Shown: positions 1 through 8,823 of the stretch, one piece after another
Numbering within the stretch: position 1 is the stretch's first letter
Layout: each line of letters begins with the position of its first letter
Origin: Longimicrobiales bacterium
Lineage (GTDB): Bacteria; Gemmatimonadota; Gemmatimonadetes; Longimicrobiales; Gaopeijiaceae
Assembly: GCA_965219445.1 (NCBI GenBank)
Contig: CBDCNQ010000004.1
Span: 576,001 to 640,000, forward strand
Direction of reading: 5' to 3'
Length of the DNA: 64,000 nt
Made by a program: the position numbers and the translations under genes
Notes under the pieces: model-generated
Told to the model about the DNA's origin: nothing
Database searches by the model: none
The model's input: only the letters and a program-made list of their open reading frames with translations

Positions 1-277
1 CCGCGTTGCGGATGCCACGGCCCCAGACCCTAGGCGGAGCGATGACGTCATAGTCGAAGCTACGGCTAGGAGCTCCAACAACGGAGATGGGGTCGTGCCG
101 CCGCAACCCTTCAACTTGTAAGGTCATGTCATTCATGCTCGTGGGCACAGGGCGGTTGTGCGGTTGATCCTGCGTCTCTCCTCCTCGCCGTAGCGCTGCT
201 ACGCCTCGTCGTCGTTCCTTGTCTGAACGCGCACAAGCGCCCTGTGCGCGACCCGCTGTACTCCTCCAACAGCCTTC
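1..277. mobile_element. MITE-like element, copy A (left end cut by window edge)
   Basis: Ungapped match to 28753-29029 with 18 mismatches over 277 nt (hand count, about 93.5%). Right TIR cccgctgtactcctccaacagccttc at 252-277. Confidence 0.85.
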
Positions 278-283
278 AAGGAG

Positions 284-1030
284 CTATGCCTCGGGCCCTG
301 GGGACCCCCCATCCGGGGAGGGCAGCTGGATGACCCGGTCGTCCATCTCAGGCACTACGGAGTGGCGATCGATTTCGGCGCAAAGCTCCAGATCCTCTCG
401 GAGCTCGATCTCGATCAGGCGCTGGCCCGTCGAAGTAGACGCAAGGAAATGGGCGTTGATACGGAAGGTAAGCGCCATCTCCACCGCTCCCATAGCGGCG
501 TCGTTGAGTTCGACCTCGACCTCGGCCGCCTGCCGGATGCGCTGCACAAGAGCTCCCGCACACACGGCGTCATCGAGAGAGAATAGCCCCTCCATGCCAG
601 CGCGCACGATGATGAGTGAATCCGCCTCCATCGCCACTGCCGCGACCGCACTCAGATTCATGAAGCTGCAGATCAGGACGCGCACTGCATCCTCGACCAA
701 GAAGAGGGCACGTGTCCCATTCGTGGTGCTCATCACCAACCGTTTCCCCGCCACTCTCTCGGCCGAGAATTCCCAGGGAGAATTCCCGAGGTCGAATCCC
801 TCGATTCTGAGTCCACGTGCCTCACCGCAGAGAATCGTGTCCTCCCGTCCAAGGGAAGCTGCCAACTTGATCGCCTCCTCGGTCGAGGGGGCCGGATAGA
901 CGCCCTGGGCGCCATTGACGAGCGCCTCTACCATCGAGCTCGTCGCACGCAGGACATCGATCAACACGACTGTACTCCCGGTCAAGTCGGGCAACGGGGC
1001 AGCCGGCTCGAAATGGACGTCGATCTTCAT
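284..1030 (-). CDS. comB: 2-phosphosulfolactate phosphatase family protein
   Basis: IDVLRATS, GEARG..FDLGNSP, STTNGT and SLDDAVCAG motifs. Start overlaps the accC stop. Confidence 0.85.
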   Translation of the reverse strand: MKIDVHFEPAAPLPDLTGSTVVLIDVLRATSSMVEALVNGAQGVYPAPSTEEAIKLAASLGREDTILCGEARGLRIEGFDLGNSPWEFSAERVAGKRLVMSTTNGTRALFLVEDAVRVLICSFMNLSAVAAVAMEADSLIIVRAGMEGLFSLDDAVCAGALVQRIRQAAEVEVELNDAAMGAVEMALTFRINAHFLASTSTGQRLIEIELREDLELCAEIDRHSVVPEMDDRVIQLPSPDGGSPGPEA

Positions 1031-2385
1031 CAGTCGTCGGAGCCCTCACCCAGAAAACGGTCTATGAATCCGGTGTCCACCCCACCGGCCATGAATTGCT
1101 CATCCCGCGTAATGTCGCCGAGGAACTGAATCGTGGTGCTGATCCCCTCAACCACGAAGGACTCGAGCGCATGTCTTGCCCGCACGATGGTTTCTTCCCG
1201 ATCCTTACCGCTGACGATCAGCTTAGCAAGCAGTGAATCGTAGTACGGGGGCACCTGATAGCCGCTGTACAGATGTGTATCGAGCCGAACACCGGGTCCA
1301 CCCGGAGGGTGGAACGTCGTGATCGGGCCCGGAGACGGTGCAAACCCCCGGAGGGCGTCCTCGGCGTTGACGCGGAACTCGATGGCATGCCCTCGCACCT
1401 GGGGAATCTCGCTGGGGAACGATAGTGGTTCGCCAGCGGCCACACGAATCTGTTCCTTCACGAGATCGAGTCCCGTCGTGACCTCCGTGACCGGATGCTC
1501 CACCTGAATACGCGTGTTCATCTCGATAAAATAGAACGATCGCTCGGCATCGACGAGGAACTCGACGGTACCGGCTCCCACATAGTCGATCCCCTTCGCC
1601 GCGAGTACCGCCGCCTCTCCCATGGTTTTTCGTAACTCGGGCGTCAGCACGGGCGAAGGGGCCTCTTCGATCAGCTTCTGATGTCTACGCTGGATCGAGC
1701 AATCTCGCTCTCCGAGGTGGACCACTCTGCCATGCTGGTCCCCGAACACCTGGAACTCGACATGCCTGGGTTGGACGATGCATTTCTCGAGATACACGTC
1801 CGGATCGTCGAACGCGGCTCCGGCCTCCGTCTGGGCCGCCTGAAAGAGGCCCGCAAAGCTTTCGGCATCGAGCGCGATCCGCATCCCCTTCCCGCCCCCA
1901 CCCGAAGAAGCCTTGATCATGACTGGGAAACCGATCTCGGCTGCGACCCTCTCAGCCTCGCGGGAATCCGGTATGACGCCATCTGAACCGGGTACGGTGG
2001 GCACACCAAGATCCATCATGGTCCGACGGGCAGTGGCCTTGTCGCCCATTGAGCGGATCTGATCGGGATTCGGGCCGACGAACACGATGTCCGAACGCTG
2101 GCAGATTTCACTAAACTCAGGGTTCTCCGCCAAAAAACCGTACCCGGGATGGATGGCCTCGGCCCCCGTCACCTCCGCGGCCGATATGATCCGAGGGATA
2201 TTCAGGTAGCTGTCCTTCGCCGCAGCCGGTCCGATGCAAACGTCCTCGTCCGAAAAGCGGACATGGAGCGATTCACGGTCGGCCTCCGAGTATACCGCCA
2301 CCGTCTTCACGCCGAGTTCGTGGCACGCCCGAATGATCCGGAGGGCTATCTCACCACGATTGGCGATCAGCAGCTTCTTGAACAC
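1030..2385 (-). CDS. accC: acetyl-CoA carboxylase biotin carboxylase subunit
   Basis: ANRGEIA, HPGYGFLAEN, GGGGKGM, ERDCSIQRRHQK, EMNTRIQVEH. Confidence 0.97.
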   Translation of the reverse strand: MFKKLLIANRGEIALRIIRACHELGVKTVAVYSEADRESLHVRFSDEDVCIGPAAAKDSYLNIPRIISAAEVTGAEAIHPGYGFLAENPEFSEICQRSDIVFVGPNPDQIRSMGDKATARRTMMDLGVPTVPGSDGVIPDSREAERVAAEIGFPVMIKASSGGGGKGMRIALDAESFAGLFQAAQTEAGAAFDDPDVYLEKCIVQPRHVEFQVFGDQHGRVVHLGERDCSIQRRHQKLIEEAPSPVLTPELRKTMGEAAVLAAKGIDYVGAGTVEFLVDAERSFYFIEMNTRIQVEHPVTEVTTGLDLVKEQIRVAAGEPLSFPSEIPQVRGHAIEFRVNAEDALRGFAPSPGPITTFHPPGGPGVRLDTHLYSGYQVPPYYDSLLAKLIVSGKDREETIVRARHALESFVVEGISTTIQFLGDITRDEQFMAGGVDTGFIDRFLGEGSDD

Positions 2386-2399
2386 TCAGCGTCCCTCGG

Positions 2400-2440
2400 G
2401 AAGGCCGTTGAAGAAGTAACGTGGGCCGCGTTGGGATGCC
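2400..2440. repeat. remnant of MITE left end
   Basis: gaaggccgttgaagaagtaacgtgggccgcgttgggatgcc matches 28727-28768 at 36/42 positions. Lies in the accB-accC spacer. Confidence 0.75.
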
Positions 2441-2452
2441 CGGGGGTCTCCA

Positions 2453-2929
2453 TCACGTGGAGACGCGAAACAGTACCTGCCCAAATTCGACGGGTTCGCC
2501 GTTCTCGATACAGATCTCGCGGATTACGCCCGAGACCTCACATTCCAGCTCATTCATGAGCTTCATAGCCTCGATGATGCAAAGCGTTTCACCCGGCGTA
2601 ACGGCGGCTCCCAATTCGACGTACGCGGCGGCATCCGGCGCGGGGGACCGATAGAAGGTGCCTACCATGGGAGATTTGATCTGGATCAGCCCCGACTCCG
2701 CGGGAGCGGTCGCGGGGGACTGAACGCGGCCCTCATGTGTGGCGCCTGGAGCGGGGGAAGTCACGGGTACAGACGATGGCGCAGGAACCGCCGGTACCGG
2801 AAACGGGCCATCGGCGGACGGCGTCTTCGCGAGCCGGATACGCGTGCCTCCTCGCTCGATCTCGATGGAATCCACGCCACTCTTGTCGAGCGCCTTGATG
2901 AGGCTCTGAACAAACTCCAGATCTATCAT
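2453..2929 (-). CDS. accB: biotin carboxyl carrier protein
   Basis: [19 protein letters not shown] biotinylation motif, Pro/Ala linker. Confidence 0.97.
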   Translation of the reverse strand: MIDLEFVQSLIKALDKSGVDSIEIERGGTRIRLAKTPSADGPFPVPAVPAPSSVPVTSPAPGATHEGRVQSPATAPAESGLIQIKSPMVGTFYRSPAPDAAAYVELGAAVTPGETLCIIEAMKLMNELECEVSGVIREICIENGEPVEFGQVLFRVST

Positions 2930-3492
2930 GACGACGCACGCGTCAGGTATTTTTCCTCCCGGCGATCCACCTTGACCACCTCTCCCTTTTCGATGAAAAG
3001 CGGCACCTGAATCACGGCGCCGGTCTCCAGAGTCGCGGGTTTCGTCCCGCCCTGGGCCGTGTCACCCTTGAATCCGGGATCGGTCTGGGTGACCACCAGC
3101 TCCACAAACTGAGGTAGCTCGACGCTGATGACGCTGCCGTCGTGGACCAGACCCTCGCACTCCATGTTCTCCTTCAAGTACCTGAGCTGGTCCTCACCGA
3201 GCATGTCTCCGGAGATCGGAATCATCTCATAGGTCTGCTGGTCCATGAAGTGGTAGAGCTGCCCGTCCGAATAGCTGTAGGACACAGGCCGGCGCTCCAG
3301 TCGCACGTCGGTCACTTTCTCACCGGCGCGATAGGTCTTGTCCACAACCGCACCGGTGAGCACGTTCTTGAGCTTTGTCCGGACGAACGCCCCGCCCTTA
3401 CCCGGCTTAACATGTTGGAAATAAATGATGGTCCAGAGCTGGCCATCGATATCTAGCACCAAGCCGTTACGAAAATCCGCGGTCGAGGCCAT
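2926..3492 (-). CDS. efp: elongation factor P
   Basis: [34 protein letters not shown]. Confidence 0.97.
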   Translation of the reverse strand: MASTADFRNGLVLDIDGQLWTIIYFQHVKPGKGGAFVRTKLKNVLTGAVVDKTYRAGEKVTDVRLERRPVSYSYSDGQLYHFMDQQTYEMIPISGDMLGEDQLRYLKENMECEGLVHDGSVISVELPQFVELVVTQTDPGFKGDTAQGGTKPATLETGAVIQVPLFIEKGEVVKVDRREEKYLTRASS

Positions 3493-3522
3493 ATCACCTA
3501 GTCAGTCGATTAGAATGTAGCG

Positions 3523-3960
3523 CTATTCGCCGGTAATTCGGGCCACGAGCCCCCTGAGCGCTAGAAGATAGCCCTGAGGTCCAAAACCTAGAACCACCCC
3601 TGCGGCTACGGGCGAGAGATAAGAATGGCTCCGGAAACGCTCTCGGGCGGTCGTATTGGAGAGGTGAACCTCCACGAACGGGAGGCCCACTCCTACGAGC
3701 CCGTCACGGAGAGCCACGCTCGTGTGGGTCAGCCCTCCGGGATTGATCAAGAAGCCGTCCACCCGCTGGCCAGCCTCTTCCAAGAAATCGAGAATGGCTC
3801 CCTCCGAGTTGGACTGGAGAGTCTCGACCTCCACACCCAGCTCGGAGCCCAGCGCTTCCACGGCACTGTTGATGTCGTCCAGCGTGTCGGTTCCGTACAC
3901 GTCGGGTTCCCGACGCCCGAGCAGACCGAGGTTGGGACCATTGATGAGTGCGATACGCAC
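3523..3960 (-). CDS. aroQ: type II 3-dehydroquinate dehydratase
   Basis: NGPNL..LGRREPDVYG, QSNSEG, NPGGLTHTSVALRD, EVHLSN. Confidence 0.96.
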   Translation of the reverse strand: MRIALINGPNLGLLGRREPDVYGTDTLDDINSAVEALGSELGVEVETLQSNSEGAILDFLEEAGQRVDGFLINPGGLTHTSVALRDGLVGVGLPFVEVHLSNTTARERFRSHSYLSPVAAGVVLGFGPQGYLLALRGLVARITGE

Positions 3961-3981
3961 GTTTTTGGTCTCCCTGGTGGC

Positions 3982-4914
3982 TTAGAGGCCGTTCGGTCCG
4001 GCGTCGCCATCCGGCGCGAGCGACTCTATGGGAACCGTCTGCCGTTGGTCAGGCATTCCAAGGGAGCCGGGCTCGAGCGACTCCAACTCCGCCAGCCGAC
4101 TGTTCAAGGATTCGTCATCCGGATCAGTCTCGATCAGCTCACGGTAGACCTCGATGGCCTTGTCGGTAGCCCCCTGACTCGCGTATAGCTCGGCAAGCGT
4201 TTGGGTGTAGATCTCTCCGCCGACCGGCACCTCGTCGTACGCCGCGTCCTCGTCTCCGTCGGGCGCCAGCGATAAGATGGACACGACGGGACGGCCGGTG
4301 CCATTCGGAAGCAGGCCAGTGGCGGCAACGGTCTCGTCCGGCGCGCCCGGTGCCAAAGAGGCGATCGGCACCACCGGACGCTCTACTCCCGGTGCCAATG
4401 AGGCGATCGGCACCACCGGACGGTGGACACCGGCGGACACCGATTCGGCAGGACCCAGAGGTGCGCTAGGGGTCACGGCCGGCGCCGCCGGCGCCAGGGA
4501 AGCGATCGGCACGACCGGGCGTTCCTCATCGGTAATGCCCACCGCCGATTCCCCGGCCGCTTTCTTCATCGCCATCTTGTCCCGATAAGTCTGCGCCCGT
4601 TGATCATCGATCAACTCAGCGATCGCGGCCCGTGCGAGCGAGTTCTCCCCGTCCAACTCCAGAACCCGCTCGAACGAACGCATGGCATCATCCGGCTCTT
4701 GCCGAGAGCGGTGCACCCAACCCGCCACCATATGGGCGGACGCAAAATCGGGGTGTACGACAAGCCCTTCTTGAATAAGGGCCAGCGCCTTGCCGAAGTC
4801 GCCGAGTCGGCGGTGGGCCTCCGCCAGGGGCACGAATGCCCTACCCTGCGGGTCCTTGTCCGACTTGTAGATCTCTTCCAGTCGGTCGATCTGCTGATTC
4901 AGAGACTCGGACAC
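3982..4914 (-). CDS. TPR protein with internal V(P/S)IxSLAP repeats
   Basis: N-terminal TPR helices (FVPLAEAHRRLG, HPDFASAH) and C-terminal TQTLAELYASQG helix. GTG start at 4914 chosen after a GGGGAG RBS; the ORF is open to 5040. Confidence 0.8.
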   Translation of the reverse strand: MSESLNQQIDRLEEIYKSDKDPQGRAFVPLAEAHRRLGDFGKALALIQEGLVVHPDFASAHMVAGWVHRSRQEPDDAMRSFERVLELDGENSLARAAIAELIDDQRAQTYRDKMAMKKAAGESAVGITDEERPVVPIASLAPAAPAVTPSAPLGPAESVSAGVHRPVVPIASLAPGVERPVVPIASLAPGAPDETVAATGLLPNGTGRPVVSILSLAPDGDEDAAYDEVPVGGEIYTQTLAELYASQGATDKAIEVYRELIETDPDDESLNSRLAELESLEPGSLGMPDQRQTVPIESLAPDGDAGPNGL

Positions 4915-5115
4915 ACCGAACTCCCCGGACGAACTGGAAAAGACGAGGGACGGGCTTACAGGGCCACAGACGCGAGGAAGATACTGATTACGCCGAAATC
5001 GTGTCAACGAGAGAGGTTGAAGGAGCCCCATACCGACCATTACCTTTCTTGGCCTTCTTGCGTATGATCACGCGGATGTGATCAAGCACAGGACTCGCCG
5101 AGGAGTTGCCGTTTC

Positions 5116-6942
5116 ATGATGCGTCAAATGCGGGAAAACACGAAGTGGATCATGCTGGTGACGGCGGTCGCCTTCGTGGGCCTTATGGTGTTCCAGTGGG
5201 GGATGGACATCACCGGGCGGAGCGGCCTCTCTATCGGTGAAATCGGTAGCGTCAACGGCACACCGGTGCCGTACGACGCCTTCAATCAGACCTACCGCCA
5301 GCTTTACGATCAGGTTCAGGCTTCGCAGGAGGATCCCGTCACGACCCAACAGGTCAGTGACATCGAAGACGCGGCATGGGACGAGGTCGTCAACCAGCTC
5401 CTGATCCGACAAGAGCTGAGGCGGAGAGGTATCGTGGTGACGGAGGAGGAACTGCTGAGGGCCGCACGCTTCAGTCCACCGCCGGAGTTCCAGACCAACC
5501 CTGCTTTTCAAACCGACGGATCGTTCGATATCCAGAAGTACCAGACGTTTCTCTCCTCGCCTACGATCGACGATCTGATGCTCCTCCAACTGGAGATGTA
5601 CTACCGGGACGTTATCCCCCGGAGCAAGCTGATGCGGCAGGTTTCGTCTGACCTCTACGTCACGGATGCCGCCGTCTGGGATGAGTACCGGGACCGCAAT
5701 GAGCAGATCTCGGTCCGGTACGTCGCTCTCAATCCCGCGCAGCGGGTTCCCGACTCCGTCGTAACCGTGACGCCCGCTGAGGTGAGCGATTACTACGACG
5801 ACCATGAAGAGGAGTTCGCGCTTCCGGCGCAGGCCACTGTTCAGGCGGTCGTCATAGACAAGACTCCCACGCCCCAAGACACAGTGGCCATGGGAGAACT
5901 CGCCGCCGGGCTGAGGCAACAGATCATCGAGGGTGCAGATTTCGAGGATATGCTCGGTCAGCCTGGAGTCGGCGCCGCGTCGGGAGACCTTGGTTGGTTT
6001 ACGAGGGACATGATGCCTGCGGAATTCGCGGATGTGGCCTTCGCGGCCACCGTAGCTGAACTGACGGAGCCTGTGAGGACTTCCTTCGGCTACCATGTGA
6101 TCGAGGTACAAGATCAGACGGAGGACAGTATTCAGGCCCGGCATATCCTCGTTCCCTTCGCCCGCACTGAGGAGTCTGAGCTTGCACTCCTCACACTTGC
6201 CGACTCGCTTGAGGCGCTTGGAGAGTCCCGCGCATTGGCAGAGGCTGCTTCCACTCTGAATCTCAGCGTTGAGACCGCGTATCTGAGCACTGAATTCGCG
6301 TTCATTGCGGGAGCGGGGCAGGTAGGAGAGGGCTCCGACTGGGCCTTCGAGGAAGCCTTGGTTGGAGACGTCAGCCCCGTCCTCGAGACGAGGCAGGCAT
6401 TCTATATGCTTGAGCTCGCCGAAATCCGGGAGGCGGGGGTGATCTCACTCGCTGACGCCCGCGCGTCGATCGAGCAAACAGTGAGAGCCGCAAAGAAGGT
6501 GGAACAAGCCAAAGGAGAGGGTGAGGAGATCGTCGCCCAGGTTCAGGCGGGGGCGGATTTCGCAGACGTCGCCGAACAAAAAGCCCTGGAGATCCAGACT
6601 GCTGGACCGTACACCCGCGTAGATTTCGTTCCCGGCATCGGGCGGCTGAACGCGGCCGTGGGGGCAGGGTTCGGACTTAACATTGGAGAAGTGAGCGCTG
6701 CGGTGGAGGCCAATAACAACGTCTTCATCATCGAGCTGGTCGACTACTTCGCCGCGGATTCCACCGCTTTCGAAGACGAGCGGTTGGTGCTAAGGGATGA
6801 ATTGCTCGGGGTCGCCCAAGAGAGCCGCCTTCAGAATTGGCTCCAGGGCCTCCGCGAAGTGGCCCGCATCATCGACAGAAGAGAGGAAGTCTTGAACGTC
6901 GATCCTGCGGACGCCCAACCACAAATACCTCTCGTATTCTAG
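5116..6942 (+). CDS. SurA/PpiD-like periplasmic chaperone, parvulin PPIase
   Basis: N-terminal membrane anchor, SurA_N-like region, GDLGWF...VRTSFGYHVI parvulin motif, GAGGAG RBS. Confidence 0.85.
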   Translation: MMRQMRENTKWIMLVTAVAFVGLMVFQWGMDITGRSGLSIGEIGSVNGTPVPYDAFNQTYRQLYDQVQASQEDPVTTQQVSDIEDAAWDEVVNQLLIRQELRRRGIVVTEEELLRAARFSPPPEFQTNPAFQTDGSFDIQKYQTFLSSPTIDDLMLLQLEMYYRDVIPRSKLMRQVSSDLYVTDAAVWDEYRDRNEQISVRYVALNPAQRVPDSVVTVTPAEVSDYYDDHEEEFALPAQATVQAVVIDKTPTPQDTVAMGELAAGLRQQIIEGADFEDMLGQPGVGAASGDLGWFTRDMMPAEFADVAFAATVAELTEPVRTSFGYHVIEVQDQTEDSIQARHILVPFARTEESELALLTLADSLEALGESRALAEAASTLNLSVETAYLSTEFAFIAGAGQVGEGSDWAFEEALVGDVSPVLETRQAFYMLELAEIREAGVISLADARASIEQTVRAAKKVEQAKGEGEEIVAQVQAGADFADVAEQKALEIQTAGPYTRVDFVPGIGRLNAAVGAGFGLNIGEVSAAVEANNNVFIIELVDYFAADSTAFEDERLVLRDELLGVAQESRLQNWLQGLREVARIIDRREEVLNVDPADAQPQIPLVF

Positions 6943-6975
6943 GCAGCTCGACCACGCAATTCCGCGAGCTCAGCT

Positions 6976-7371
6976 CTACTCCGTCGGGGCCTCCTCCCCC
7001 TCGGACTCTTCAACCTGCAATTCTTCGGGCCCAGACGCTTCGCCCTCCGCCACGCCTTGGTACGGTTCCTCCTGTGTGGGTACGCCTTCAGCGTGATCCA
7101 CACCTGACGCGGGCCCTGGGGTCGTCGTCAATCGTCTGGGTCCCTCATCGGGTTCACTCGAGGGACCAGATGGCGACGGAACCGCTCCTGGCTTGGGCTC
7201 GTCGTCCACAGCCTTGACTTCCTTTTCGATCTCTCGAATCGAGCCCTTGAACTCCCGTATTCCCTTGCCCAAAGACGAACCGATTTCCGGAAGCCGCTTC
7301 GCCCCAAAAAGGAGGAGGACCACAAGGAAGATCATGATCATCTCCCACATGCCGAGTCCACCGAGTCCCAT
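6976..7371 (-). CDS. tatA: Tat translocase TatA/E subunit
   Basis: LGMWEMIMIFLVVLLLFGAKRLPEIGSSLGKGIREFK, long acidic tail. Confidence 0.93.
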   Translation of the reverse strand: MGLGGLGMWEMIMIFLVVLLLFGAKRLPEIGSSLGKGIREFKGSIREIEKEVKAVDDEPKPGAVPSPSGPSSEPDEGPRRLTTTPGPASGVDHAEGVPTQEEPYQGVAEGEASGPEELQVEESEGEEAPTE

Positions 7372-7403
7372 GATAAATCCTCCGTTCGACGTCCGTTACG
7401 AAA

Positions 7404-7694
7404 TCAGATCCAACTCCGAACAATGAATGCCACTACTGCTATCCCCACTAACGTCAAGACGTTCAGGCTGAGTACCAACGGCCCGATGGCAAAAGCCAAT
7501 ACCACTAGGTCGATCGACAGCGGCCCCACGGAGGCCTCTGCCGATATCGTGAGAAACGTCTTGGCAGGGCTCTCCGGAAGAAACGACTCAGCGAGTTGTG
7601 TCAGCAGTCCACCGAGAATCAATCCGAGCGCCCCGGTCCACAGCAAGCGCTTGACGTTCCGCCGGTACGTATCGACTAGCATACCGTATCGCAT
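7404..7694 (-). CDS. small membrane protein (DUF4321-like)
   Basis: Hydrophobic segments with SVGPLSIDLVVL..LSLNVLTLVG pattern. Start codon uncertain. Confidence 0.65.
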   Translation of the reverse strand: MRYGMLVDTYRRNVKRLLWTGALGLILGGLLTQLAESFLPESPAKTFLTISAEASVGPLSIDLVVLAFAIGPLVLSLNVLTLVGIAVVAFIVRSWI

Positions 7695-7767
7695 CGTGGC
7701 TCGTAGCACGAACGCTCACCTTGTTGCACCGGCCAAGCCAGGGGGGGAGGAAGGCTCGACTGCGGCA

Positions 7768-8778
7768 TTAGCGATCACGGCCGACGGCGTACGTCACAGC
7801 GTCCCTCAGCGCTTCCACAGCAGGATCTTCAGGAAGGCCACCGAGTGCCTCCCACGCGCGCCCCGCGTAGTGATCCGCCTGCTCGTTTGCGTAATCCAAC
7901 CCGCCGCGGTCACGCACGATCGCGATCACCCGATCGATGTCTTCATCGGCCGCCTCCACCAGCGTGAAGAAATCCCGAATCTCGCGCGATTCCACCTCCG
8001 ACACGTTTCTCAAGGCTCCGACCAGTGGAAGCGTCACCTTGCGCTCTCTCAAGTCCTGCCCGGTGGGCTTTCCAGTGACAGCCTCTGATCCAATGTAGTC
8101 CAAAACGTCATCGGCAATCTGGAAGGCCATGCCCAGATCGTGCCCAAACTGGGCAAGCGGTCTTCGATACTCGTCCACGCCGGCGAGGCCCCCCATTTCA
8201 CAGGCCGCCGACATCAACGAAGCCGTCTTCGACGCGATGAGCCGATAGTAATCGGCCTCGGTGAACTCGAGAGCATCATAGGATGTGAGCTGCCGCATCT
8301 CACCGATGCTCATCTCGTTGGCTGCCCTCGCGAGCACCGCAACCGCGTCCAACCGTCCGAGCCGCGTGAGCTCGGTGACCGAGCGACTATAAAGGTAATC
8401 CCCCATGATGATCGAAATCTGGTGGGTCCAGAGTGCGTTCACCGTGGGGAGGCCACGCCGCAAGACACTGTGGTCGACGGCATCGTCATGGACGAGTGTC
8501 GCGAGGTGAACCAGCTCTACGACGGCGGCGAGGGTGACCGCATCGTCCGACGGACTTCCTCCGACTCTATTGCTGAGAAGGAGAAGTGTGGGACGGAAGA
8601 GCTTGCCACGCATCAGAAGAAGGTATTCGTTGATCTCCTCGATCAGATCGAAGTCCGACAGGATGATCCGCCTCAGATCGTCCTGGACCCCGTCGAGCCG
8701 ATCGGCCACGAGGTTCTGCACCGAGGAGAGGTTCGGAGGCGGTCCTCTCAGAACGGAGCTTGGAGCCGCTTCCATCAC
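7768..8778 (-). CDS. polyprenyl diphosphate synthase
   Basis: GKLFRP, first Asp-rich motif HDDAVD, RRG, KTA, second motif FQIADDVLD. Confidence 0.93.
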   Translation of the reverse strand: MMEAAPSSVLRGPPPNLSSVQNLVADRLDGVQDDLRRIILSDFDLIEEINEYLLLMRGKLFRPTLLLLSNRVGGSPSDDAVTLAAVVELVHLATLVHDDAVDHSVLRRGLPTVNALWTHQISIIMGDYLYSRSVTELTRLGRLDAVAVLARAANEMSIGEMRQLTSYDALEFTEADYYRLIASKTASLMSAACEMGGLAGVDEYRRPLAQFGHDLGMAFQIADDVLDYIGSEAVTGKPTGQDLRERKVTLPLVGALRNVSEVESREIRDFFTLVEAADEDIDRVIAIVRDRGGLDYANEQADHYAGRAWEALGGLPEDPAVEALRDAVTYAVGRDR

Positions 8779-8823
8779 TGGGCCACCGGATTCGGCATGA
8801 GCATCGATCGCGGGTCGCGGAGG

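Noticed and set aside
5013..5030. gagaggttgaaggag as another MITE end
   Set aside because: Match too short to separate from chance.
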